Below, in pieces: positions 20,352-28,806 of a stretch of 64,000 bases of DNA. Both the position numbers and the translations under genes were made by a program. The notes beneath the pieces were generated by a model. The model did no database searches, had not been told where the DNA came from, and was given only the letters and a program-made list of their open reading frames with translations. The DNA is from Bdellovibrionales bacterium (GTDB lineage: Bacteria; Bdellovibrionota; Bdellovibrionia; Bdellovibrionales; UBA1609). The stretch spans positions 1,801,362 through 1,865,361 of the forward strand of contig OZ241967.1 of NCBI GenBank assembly GCA_965204055.1, given 5' to 3'. How positions within the stretch are numbered: position 1 is the first letter of the stretch; every line of letters starts with the position of its first letter.

Positions 20352-20419
20352 ATCTCTTGACAGTCAAGCTATCCCACTAATAGAGTGATATGCTGAACTC
20401 AAGAGATTTTTTCCTGATT
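20352..20419 (+). repeat. Orphan second copy of the NYN-1 leader hairpin
   Basis: Near-identical to 19053-19119; start ATG ATT AA appears as CTG ATT AA and then diverges. Confidence 0.9.
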
Positions 20420-20464
20420 AAGTGTATTGGATATGTTATAAAAAATTTAAATATTTATATTATT

Positions 20465-21313
20465 ATGTCCCGCTTTCTTTTTTTTAAACCTTTTTTCGCC
20501 CTCATTGTCTTTTTGATCATAATAGCTGGCTGTAGTATGTCGGGACAAACTAACAGCACAGGACCTTCAGAAAATACAGTGGATATTTTTATAGCACCAA
20601 CGGGAGTACAACCACTCATTTTTTTAAACGAAGGGGGAGAGAGAATATGCAGACGAGGCATCCCAGATGAAACTATTTACGGCTTGGATCCAGAGGAAAA
20701 AGTAGACTCAGAAGAAGATAACGAAGAGGAAACACAGGAAGAAGATGACTCTTCCAGGAGTGCTCCCATTCCACCAATAAAAGTAGATAAAAATTGGTTT
20801 AAAATGGGCCTGGTGATAGTAAACAAATCAACAATCTATTGGCTTGTAGTAACTGATTTACAATTCAAGATAGAGGCTACTTGGGGTGATGAAACTTTAA
20901 AAGCAACAGACAATATTGGATCTGGATACTGTGGATCCAGCCCTCTTTATATTGTGCGTCCCACCCCTAAAAATGCTAAAAACTCTTACTCAGGAGATCA
21001 GTACGAACCTCTTAAGAAAGATTATGTAAACAATCTTACCTTATTTATCAGTGGAGTGCCCATTCCTGAAGGTCCCCCAACTTACAAAGAAAGGGAGAAT
21101 GATGCCAAATCTGCCGTGCAATCCACACGCCAGGAAGGGCAGGACGCCACCCAAAATGACCAAACAGAAGAAGAGGAATTTGTGCTTACATCTCTTCCTC
21201 CTTACAGGGTGCAAATGGTTGTACATGGTTACTGGGTTGACAAAAGCCGAAATACTGTAGCTAATTTCCAAAAATTAGTTCGTTTTTCGCTATCTTCTCA
21301 ATTTCTTTATTAA
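20465..21313 (+). CDS. Hypothetical lipoprotein with acidic linkers
   Basis: MSRFLFFKP...IIAGC lipobox; start 20465 preferred over 20390, which lies in the leader copy. Confidence 0.8.
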   Translation: MSRFLFFKPFFALIVFLIIIAGCSMSGQTNSTGPSENTVDIFIAPTGVQPLIFLNEGGERICRRGIPDETIYGLDPEEKVDSEEDNEEETQEEDDSSRSAPIPPIKVDKNWFKMGLVIVNKSTIYWLVVTDLQFKIEATWGDETLKATDNIGSGYCGSSPLYIVRPTPKNAKNSYSGDQYEPLKKDYVNNLTLFISGVPIPEGPPTYKERENDAKSAVQSTRQEGQDATQNDQTEEEEFVLTSLPPYRVQMVVHGYWVDKSRNTVANFQKLVRFSLSSQFLY

Positions 21314-21378
21314 AATTTAGACCATAGGTCGGGAGTTTGGTTTTACCACTTTTGGAGTGAAGTCCCCTTAAAATTTAA

Positions 21379-21405
21379 AAAAGTGTCTCTTTAAGAGACA
21401 CTTTT
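21379..21405. terminator. Intrinsic terminator
   Basis: aaaagtgtctct-tta-agagacactttt. Confidence 0.75.
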
Positions 21406-21539
21406 AATTATTTTTTAAGCCGTGAGATGGTTTTGACGATTATAAGTAATATAAAGCTCAAGATTGATTAAGTTCTGGAAAAAGTTTTATTTCCATTGCC
21501 AAGTCCTCTTCTTTTGAGCTGAGGGCAAGACACTTACGA

Positions 21540-22118
21540 GTGCAAAAAACTTTGGAAAAAGACATCCAGAATAACTACTTTTATTTAAGGAGATTGTTCG
21601 TGAAAACACAAAAATGTGAACCCGCTAACCCTCTTGTGCAGTCCATTGTTAATTTTATATCCCAAAGCCGAGGACTGAGGTTTTTAGAAAGTGGCACAGA
21701 TGAGTTAATCATCTGTCAAAGTGTGGATGGAAAGTATTTAAAAGTAAACACTAATACTATTGCAGAGGTTTTGCCTCGTCAGGATTCAAAAAAAGATTTG
21801 TTTTTACAGGTTAATTTTTCAGACGGGAAAAAAGTTATTTTAACAGATAACCTTATTGGATTTAAACCTGCTACTTATTCAGATCTGGATATGAACCGCC
21901 TACCTAAGGTGGTAACCACGCCGGATTTAATCAGCTTTATTGAGGTTTTAGAAGACTCCTTATACGACACAGAAGTTAGTATGGATGAAATTGAAGATGT
22001 AAAACAATATTTTGAGTCTGTGCTTATGGGGGCAGAAGCTATTGGCTTTAACTTAATTTGTGAAAGGATATGGATAGCCAGGCTTTTAAACCACCAAATA
22101 TCTACTGGTCATGCTTGA
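21540..22118 (+). CDS. Hypothetical protein
   Basis: 192-aa ORF with protein-like composition; no motif recognised. Confidence 0.7.
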   Translation: MQKTLEKDIQNNYFYLRRLFVKTQKCEPANPLVQSIVNFISQSRGLRFLESGTDELIICQSVDGKYLKVNTNTIAEVLPRQDSKKDLFLQVNFSDGKKVILTDNLIGFKPATYSDLDMNRLPKVVTTPDLISFIEVLEDSLYDTEVSMDEIEDVKQYFESVLMGAEAIGFNLICERIWIARLLNHQISTGHA

Positions 22119-22191
22119 GGGCCTGTTTATTATTATACCCACTTGATTTTTTAAGAAACTTAAGGTGTAAAGGATGAGTCTGATACAAAGA

Positions 22192-22267
22192 GGGGGTGTA
22201 GCTCAGCTGGGAGAGCATCCGATTTGCATTCGGAAGGTCGCAGGTTCGATCCCTGTCACCTCCACCA
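22192..22267 (+). tRNA. tRNA-Ala(TGC)
   Basis: Cloverleaf: acceptor GGGGGTG/CACCTCC, anticodon stem tccga/tcgga with loop tttgcat, GGTTCGATCC, encoded CCA. Confidence 0.97.
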
Positions 22268-22473
22268 ATTATAAAACAATAAACAGGGAGCGAAGCGAAA
22301 GCGCGCAGAAAATCAAGATAATTTTGACCTTTAATTGTCCACGGAAAAAGCTCTAAGTTAATAAAAAACGGAATGTTAGTTTTTTAACCCTATCTTTTCT
22401 TTATTTGTTCATCCAGCCTGATTTAATCATCTCTTGCACGATTTTAAAAAAACAGGTTTGTTGAAAGAGGGAT

Positions 22474-22574
22474 TTGACCCTATTCAATAACTATTGTAAC
22501 CTGTTTAGGAACCGCCCCTGCTTATTCGGGCAGGGCGCAAGGCTGTGGCTTACGGCTACAGCCTTTGCTTTTTT
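22474..22574 (+). promoter_or_regulatory. sigma70-like promoter + GC-rich double-hairpin leader + U-tract before NYN gene 2
   Basis: TTGACC-17-TAACCT (22474-22502); hairpins cgcccctgc/gcagggcg and gcaaggctgtggc/gctacagcctttgc, then T6. Confidence 0.65.
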
Positions 22575-22586
22575 ATCAGGTGTCTC

Positions 22587-23210
22587 TTGAAAACGATTGT
22601 TTACATAGATGGATTTAATCTTTATTATGGATGTTTAAAAGGCTCCTCTTATAAATGGCTCAATTTATTGAAGTTATCCAAACTTTTATTACCAAAGCAC
22701 AATATTTCAAAGATCAAGTATTTTACCGCTAAAGTGTCGCCTCAGCCCTATGATCCGGATTGCCATAAAAGACAATACACCTATATACGCGCTCTGAAAT
22801 CTCTGGAATGTTGCGAGATTCATTATGGATTTTACCTGTCAAACATTAAAAAAGTGCCACTTGCGCAACCCATCGCCGGAAAAAAATTTACAGACATTAT
22901 TCATACTGAGGAAAAAGGCTCTGATGTGAATTTAGCCTCTCACTTATTATTGGATGCCTTTAGAGACAGATATGAAACAGCTGTAGTAATTTCAAATGAT
23001 TCAGATTTTGCCTCAACAGTTCAAATAGTGAGAGATGAATTGAAAAAAAATATAGGGATCATTTCCCCTTATAAAAGGCCGGCAAGAGCTTTGCAAAACA
23101 AAGCGACTTTTTATAAAAAAATCAGGACAGGCGTTCTTCAAGCTACCCAATTTCCGGCGATTATCACTCTTGCCAATGGAGAAACCATACACAAACCGTC
23201 TGATTGGTAA
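22587..23210 (+). CDS. NYN-domain ribonuclease 2
   Basis: VYIDGFNLYYG, EEKGSDVNLA, VISNDSDF; TTG start at 22587 with aggt RBS (the track start 22545 lies in the hairpin). Confidence 0.9.
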   Translation: MKTIVYIDGFNLYYGCLKGSSYKWLNLLKLSKLLLPKHNISKIKYFTAKVSPQPYDPDCHKRQYTYIRALKSLECCEIHYGFYLSNIKKVPLAQPIAGKKFTDIIHTEEKGSDVNLASHLLLDAFRDRYETAVVISNDSDFASTVQIVRDELKKNIGIISPYKRPARALQNKATFYKKIRTGVLQATQFPAIITLANGETIHKPSDW

Positions 23211-23333
23211 AAAACTCAAAAACACGCTGTGATTTCGCTGTGATTTATTAGGATAGAGCGGGAAACTGCAGGAAGAGCAGGGAAAAGAATAGCGTTTAAA
23301 ATGAGTGAGTCGGACGCGAACGAATGAAGTAGG

Positions 23334-23355
23334 CGATCCCTCACACCTCCACCAA
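23334..23355 (+). repeat. att-like copy of the tRNA-Ala 3' end
   Basis: cgatccctcacacctccaccaa vs tRNA 22247-22268 cgatccctgtcacctccaccaa (20/22). Confidence 0.75.
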
Positions 23356-23483
23356 CTTCGATTTAATGCGCTAAAAATAGACAAAAAAGCAGTTTTTAAG
23401 CTCTTTAAGATCAATCTTGACAGCGAACAAGTATTGTCAGACAATAGTTGTTAGTGGTGGTATCAATCGCTTGGGAAGGAGTT

Positions 23484-23684
23484 ATGAATCAACTAAAAAA
23501 ACTTAAAAGTTCTGATTGGAAATATATATCAGAAGAGAGAAAAAAAGAAGTTGAGCAGGTTTTTCAAACTCTTAGAATACCATTAACAGAGAACCTTCCT
23601 GATTATTCTGAAGGTTATAACACTCCATTTAAACAACTTTCTGTCTTAAAAAATGAAAAAATAATTTTTAGTAGCTCTGGTTAA
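23484..23684 (+). CDS. Small protein coupled to the ClpP-like protease
   Basis: aaggag RBS before ATG 23484; ends 2 nt before the next start. Confidence 0.7.
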   Translation: MNQLKKLKSSDWKYISEERKKEVEQVFQTLRIPLTENLPDYSEGYNTPFKQLSVLKNEKIIFSSSG

Positions 23685-23686
23685 TT

Positions 23687-24589
23687 ATGCCCAGCTGGAA
23701 CACAATTTTAAAAGAGATCCAAAGCGATCCAAATATAGATCCTTTTCGTAATGTAAGGCAAAAATATATTCAAAAACTGTTTGAAAAGCGTCAGAGAAAT
23801 ATCATTGTCTATTACTCTGGTTGGCTTCAAAAACCAGGTATAAGAGGGACAGAAATTAATGATAACGATAAAAATGCTTTTATGGCGGTTATTCATGGTT
23901 TAAGTCGCGATAAAGGATTAGACTTGATACTTCACACCCCAGGAGGTGAAGTTGCCGCAACAGAATCTTTGATTGATTATTTAAGAAAAATGTTTGACTC
24001 CAATATAGAGGTGTTTGTTCCTCAGATTGCTATGTCAGCAGGAACAGTGGTTGCCTGTGCTTCAAGACTTATACACATGGGAAAACAATCCAACTTAGGG
24101 CCGATTGATCCTCAAATCGGAGGACTGCCGGCTGGTGCCATACTGGACGAATTTGAACAAGCCGCAAGAGAAATTAAAAAACAACCAGAAAAAATTCCAT
24201 TATGGCAGGCTATTGTTAGTAAATATCACCCCAGTCTTATACTGTCTTGTGAAAACGCTATTAAATGGTCAAAAGAAATAGCAGAAAAATATTTAAAAAC
24301 AGGGATGTTTTCTAATGATAAAGAGGTAAATATCAAGCAAATAGTGAGTAAACTTTCAGATTATAAGCAAATGAAGACCCATTTTCGACATATCGGACTT
24401 CGTGAAGCGCAAGATATTGGGTTAAAAATTAGTCAGCTTGAAGATGATGATGATCTTCAAGATATAGTTCTTACCATTCATCATACTTATATACATACGC
24501 TCAACAGCACTCTTGCCATTAAAATTATAGAGAATCAAAAAGGCATTGGGCAGATACAAAGTTTGCCACTCCGGCCAAACACTAATTAA
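23687..24589 (+). CDS. ClpP-class serine protease (SDH_sah/S49-like)
   Basis: LILHTPGG, AMSAGT, LGPIDPQ, THFRHI. Confidence 0.85.
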   Translation: MPSWNTILKEIQSDPNIDPFRNVRQKYIQKLFEKRQRNIIVYYSGWLQKPGIRGTEINDNDKNAFMAVIHGLSRDKGLDLILHTPGGEVAATESLIDYLRKMFDSNIEVFVPQIAMSAGTVVACASRLIHMGKQSNLGPIDPQIGGLPAGAILDEFEQAAREIKKQPEKIPLWQAIVSKYHPSLILSCENAIKWSKEIAEKYLKTGMFSNDKEVNIKQIVSKLSDYKQMKTHFRHIGLREAQDIGLKISQLEDDDDLQDIVLTIHHTYIHTLNSTLAIKIIENQKGIGQIQSLPLRPNTN

Positions 24590-24631
24590 ATTGCAATCAA
24601 TATAACCAGAGGGCAAAAGAAAAATTTACTT

Positions 24632-27274
24632 TTAAGGTTTTCTTTTCTCTAAGGACAAAATTCTTTTTTCTCCTTCTTTTATATATTCTGTGTGTTTGTC
24701 CCATAGAGGAATTGGAAGATTTTTTATATCGAAATTATTTTCTTCAATATATTGTTTGTATTTTTTAGATAAAAATAACCCTATAATATACAGAAAAACC
24801 TCCTGTTGAGAATGAAATCGTGTTGTTTTATTCTTCAACAATAGATGACATTTTATATTGATATTTTTTGCTGAAACAAATCTTGTTCCTGAACCTCCCG
24901 GTTTAAAATAATCTTTGGAAATAGGTTTATTTATTAAATCCACCTCAAATCTCCTTTTTCTCATACACCAACAAAGAGCTAAGTTATTATTCTTTAAATT
25001 TTCTCCCCATACTTCAAAGTGGTTTTGTGTTAACCTGTCTGACAAAATTTTTTCTGAATAAAAATATTTATTTTCATCTTTTCTGTAGCCGACTAAGCAT
25101 ATTTTTTCTTTATCAAATTTTAAACTCGCTGTTGCTTCGTTTTTGATTTTCTTTTTTAAGTCGAGGGAAAGTTTAATTTTTGGATTATCAGGATTTTTCT
25201 TTAAATCCTTTATCAAAAACTTTATTCTTTTCTTTAGTGCCTCTTTATTGGAGTCATAAACATCTTTGTCCCTGTTAGTCACAATTCCAAGAAAAGATTT
25301 TTCAAAAAGATCATTAATAGACAATCCTTCAAAAGGTGTTTCTTGGTTCAACCATTGATATCTTTTATTAGGAGTGATTACTTTAAATGGATATTGGTTT
25401 GGATTTTTATAGTTTGCTAAAAAAGTTTTTTTCTTTCCATTGTTTTCTTGATCAATAAAAGAATTATTTAGTGCTGTTAATTTATAAGATTTTTTATCTC
25501 CTTCCAGATGTTCTGATAATTTTATATACTTAATTTTTGCTTTTTTTTCAGTTCCTGACTTAACCAGAAAAACAATGGAAACCCCGGCTTGAATATCAAA
25601 TACATTGGAATCCTGCGGGTCTCCTGTTCTTATATTGCCCCCTAGATCTAAAATATAAATATGATCAAATTCTTGCTCTAAACAGTGTCTTACCCCTTTG
25701 CCACTGTCTGCATCCAAAAAAGATCGATTTACCACAAAAGATATAATACCTTGATTTTGTATTCTGTCTGTCGCCCATCTCAAAAAATAGATATATTTGT
25801 CTTGTGATAGTTTTTCTTTTTTTGACTTAATATGCCCATAAGTTTCCTTGATTCTTTGTTTCAGCTCAGGGTAATTTTTATTTGGATTGCCATCATCAAA
25901 TCTTTTCTGGTGCTGGTTGTATGGAGGATTCCCTAAAACTATCTGAATGTCTTTTTCATTTTGCTTTTTAACTCTTTTTTGATTCTCTGAAAAAGCATAA
26001 CCCTGAAAACTCATTTGACCTTTTAAAATACCAGAATTTTGCAGACTGTCCATAAGAACAAGGTTTGGAAAATGCTCATTATTGTTTGTCAATTTCTCAT
26101 AAGTGTATTCAATACTTAAATTCGCTACATAGTAAGGCAAAACAGAAATTTCATTGGCATGGATTTCATTCATATACTTATATTTGAGTGTCCGTTTGTC
26201 TGACTGATGGTAAATATATTCAATAAGTTCTGTGACAAAAGTTCCTGTTCCCGTCGCCGGATCCAGTATATGAACATTTTTATCTTTCAACTCTTTGTTA
26301 AAATGCTTTTTTAAAACCTGATTTGTGGATTGAACTATAAACTTAACAATCTCATTTGGTGTATATATAATACCCAGTCTGTCCGCTACTTTTTGATTGT
26401 AGGAATTATAAAAATCCTGATATATATTTTTAAGAAACAGTTGTCGCTCATTTAGGTCAATTATATTGGATCCATAGCTTGTTATAGGAGCCATATATGG
26501 CTTGATTTTTCTTAGTATTGCTCTCTTTTTTGCTCCAAGAAATTTCTTCTCTATGTCACTTATAGCGGCTGATATGTTGTTGGTTTTGTGATACTGTTGC
26601 TCATCAAAGACTTTTAAAAAAAATTGCTCTGTCAAAATATGTTGAATAAGCCAATCTTCTACATTCTCTCTTTTAAAATAAGGGTTAATAAACTTCTGAC
26701 ATTCTGAAACAAGATCATTAGTTTTTTTTATATATTCTTGATTTTCATTCATTTTCACTAACTCTTGTCTGATCTCTTTTGCAAGTGCCGGTAAGTTTTT
26801 ATTAAATTGTTTTTGAGCACTATAAAAACTTCTTTTCTCAGGAGATTCATAATTGAAAAATAGAGCTAAAAGCTCACTTAAAGGTTCTGGATTATCCCAC
26901 ATTCCTGATATTTCTTTTACAGGACGCTTGTCTTGATAAAGAATACAAGAATCTGAATTTTCAAAAATGGTGTTTTTTATCGGATAATTGTTGTTAATTT
27001 TTGTATTTATCGCTTTTTTTAAGTTTGTGGCAGGAGATTTAGCTTCATAATATCCATGAACTGTATAAAGATTTTTTATTGTAGCATCCGGTTTTTTGTT
27101 GTTGTTCAGTCTATCCTCAGCAATGACCCATAGGTTTTTATGAGATCCCGCTCTATTCAAAAGCTCTATAAAAACAGGTCTTAACGATTCTTCCGTGTTA
27201 TTGCTACTGCGTATTCGTCGTATTCTGGGCTTTAAATCAGAAATGTATTGGCTGATAATTTGTGTATTAAACAT
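24632..27274 (-). CDS. Type IIG/ISP-like single-chain restriction-modification enzyme (N6-adenine MTase)
   Basis: N-terminal KPD...YYEAK nuclease motif, ILDPATGTGTF, VLGNPPY, C-terminal TRD-like region. Confidence 0.85.
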   Translation of the reverse strand: MFNTQIISQYISDLKPRIRRIRSSNNTEESLRPVFIELLNRAGSHKNLWVIAEDRLNNNKKPDATIKNLYTVHGYYEAKSPATNLKKAINTKINNNYPIKNTIFENSDSCILYQDKRPVKEISGMWDNPEPLSELLALFFNYESPEKRSFYSAQKQFNKNLPALAKEIRQELVKMNENQEYIKKTNDLVSECQKFINPYFKRENVEDWLIQHILTEQFFLKVFDEQQYHKTNNISAAISDIEKKFLGAKKRAILRKIKPYMAPITSYGSNIIDLNERQLFLKNIYQDFYNSYNQKVADRLGIIYTPNEIVKFIVQSTNQVLKKHFNKELKDKNVHILDPATGTGTFVTELIEYIYHQSDKRTLKYKYMNEIHANEISVLPYYVANLSIEYTYEKLTNNNEHFPNLVLMDSLQNSGILKGQMSFQGYAFSENQKRVKKQNEKDIQIVLGNPPYNQHQKRFDDGNPNKNYPELKQRIKETYGHIKSKKEKLSQDKYIYFLRWATDRIQNQGIISFVVNRSFLDADSGKGVRHCLEQEFDHIYILDLGGNIRTGDPQDSNVFDIQAGVSIVFLVKSGTEKKAKIKYIKLSEHLEGDKKSYKLTALNNSFIDQENNGKKKTFLANYKNPNQYPFKVITPNKRYQWLNQETPFEGLSINDLFEKSFLGIVTNRDKDVYDSNKEALKKRIKFLIKDLKKNPDNPKIKLSLDLKKKIKNEATASLKFDKEKICLVGYRKDENKYFYSEKILSDRLTQNHFEVWGENLKNNNLALCWCMRKRRFEVDLINKPISKDYFKPGGSGTRFVSAKNINIKCHLLLKNKTTRFHSQQEVFLYIIGLFLSKKYKQYIEENNFDIKNLPIPLWDKHTEYIKEGEKRILSLEKRKP

Positions 27275-27462
27275 GGCCCACCTTCCAGAAGAAAATTGTT
27301 AAAGACAATTCGCTTATCGGCAGGCAAAGAGGAAACCTTAATTGAAAGCCCCGTCATAAGTATTGTTTTTTTGGAAAATCAGTCCATAAGCCAAGGTGAA
27401 AGCTTAAAAAAAGCTCATAATTTCTGGAGCCTTATAGAATTAACTAAATACAGAGAAAGCCA

Positions 27463-27666
27463 TTAAAAAGGAGTTTTAGCTGGGATGGTGTTTTGGTTTT
27501 GATCACCTTCTTTAACAAATAAACATTGTGTTTTTAACAAATACTCTACCACTTCTGAACCATTAGCGACAATAATGTCAAATTCTCTCTTTTGAAGATT
27601 ACCGTCAGGTTTTTTCCTTTGAGCATCTGATATTGCATTGCGCTTAATGGAAGTCGGAAGACCTTT
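27463..27666 (-). pseudogene. Possible PD-(D/E)XK nuclease gene fragment
   Basis: Start-less open frame containing KREFDIIVANGSEVV. Confidence 0.35.
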
Positions 27667-27672
27667 TTAAAT

Positions 27673-28806
27673 TCAAAATATTGTTTCTCCTTTTTCAACA
27701 GAATCAACCAATTCTTTTAATTTCCTACAATCTTCTTTTAAGTATTCTTTAAAAAAGTCAATACTTTTAGAAGAGTTAATTTCAATTTTATCTGGGCTAA
27801 CCTTTGTTAAACTGACTATTTCATTCATAGATTTAGACCTCTGAAACTGCTCAATTCTTTTTATAAAAACCTTCTTTTCTTTTTTATCTGGATCAACAAT
27901 AAGCATTTTCTTATTCAAATCAGAACTTAAATTTTGTATTAAAATATTGTTAATATATCTATCTTGAAAACTATATCCAACTGCGATAAATAAATTTGTT
28001 TTTTTTAAAGCTTCACTAAAAGCCCCTAAAAGTGATAAAAAAGGATCGTAAGATTGGATTTTTGAGCCAGAACCAAAAATAATTAAAGGCTTCTGGTTAA
28101 CTCTTCCTTGTTTAATTGTTTCCTCTTCATCATCAAAATACCAGTCAATAGAACCATGAAGTTTATAAAATTTTATTTTTTGAGGACTTTCCGGATCATT
28201 AAAGTCACCGATCCACTTGTTTTGAGAAAATCCAGTATCTACAAGATGCTCATTTTCTGTGTTAAAGGTTTTTTCAAGTATTATATCGTAATTAAGTGAG
28301 AATATTCGCAAATCAAATTTCTCATCAGACTGAATGAGTTTTTGAAATGGATTTAAAAGACATTGAGCTTTTTTATTATCGAATTTAGTCCATTTATTTA
28401 TAAGCTGATCATGTATAAAGTTATAAAAATCTTGAAAAACATTTTTGTCTTTAGACTCCCACAGAGTGATTTTATTATTCCAATTTCCTACTAAAGGAGG
28501 AGGAACAACATATTCTCTATCTATTATTTGTTGCAATACTAACACAAAATCCTCAATATTTGTCACTTCAGACACTTTTATTTCTGTATCTTTTAAACCA
28601 TATTGATATAGAAGGCTTTGCATAATAAAATTGTATATGTCAAGAAAATGGTTCTTGTTTGGCCAAGGAATTTCATAATCAAGTATAGATTTTTTTAGAT
28701 CGCACAACATTTCCTTCGATAAAAAACACCCGGCGTCTTTTGAAGACCCGGCACCAAAAAGAAACACTGTCTTTTCAAATAAACTTTTTAAACTCATAAA
28801 AACCAC
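27673..28806 (-). CDS. SIR2-like (SIR2_2) putative NADase, Argonaute-associated
   Basis: FLFGAGSS, FSLNYD, KLHGSIDW, AVGYSFQDRYIN; start overlaps the pAgo stop. Confidence 0.9.
   Translation of the reverse strand: MVFMSLKSLFEKTVFLFGAGSSKDAGCFLSKEMLCDLKKSILDYEIPWPNKNHFLDIYNFIMQSLLYQYGLKDTEIKVSEVTNIEDFVLVLQQIIDREYVVPPPLVGNWNNKITLWESKDKNVFQDFYNFIHDQLINKWTKFDNKKAQCLLNPFQKLIQSDEKFDLRIFSLNYDIILEKTFNTENEHLVDTGFSQNKWIGDFNDPESPQKIKFYKLHGSIDWYFDDEEETIKQGRVNQKPLIIFGSGSKIQSYDPFLSLLGAFSEALKKTNLFIAVGYSFQDRYINNILIQNLSSDLNKKMLIVDPDKKEKKVFIKRIEQFQRSKSMNEIVSLTKVSPDKIEINSSKSIDFFKEYLKEDCRKLKELVDSVEKGETIF

Noticed and set aside
22174-22356. 60-aa ORF in the track
   Set aside because: Overlaps tRNA-Ala
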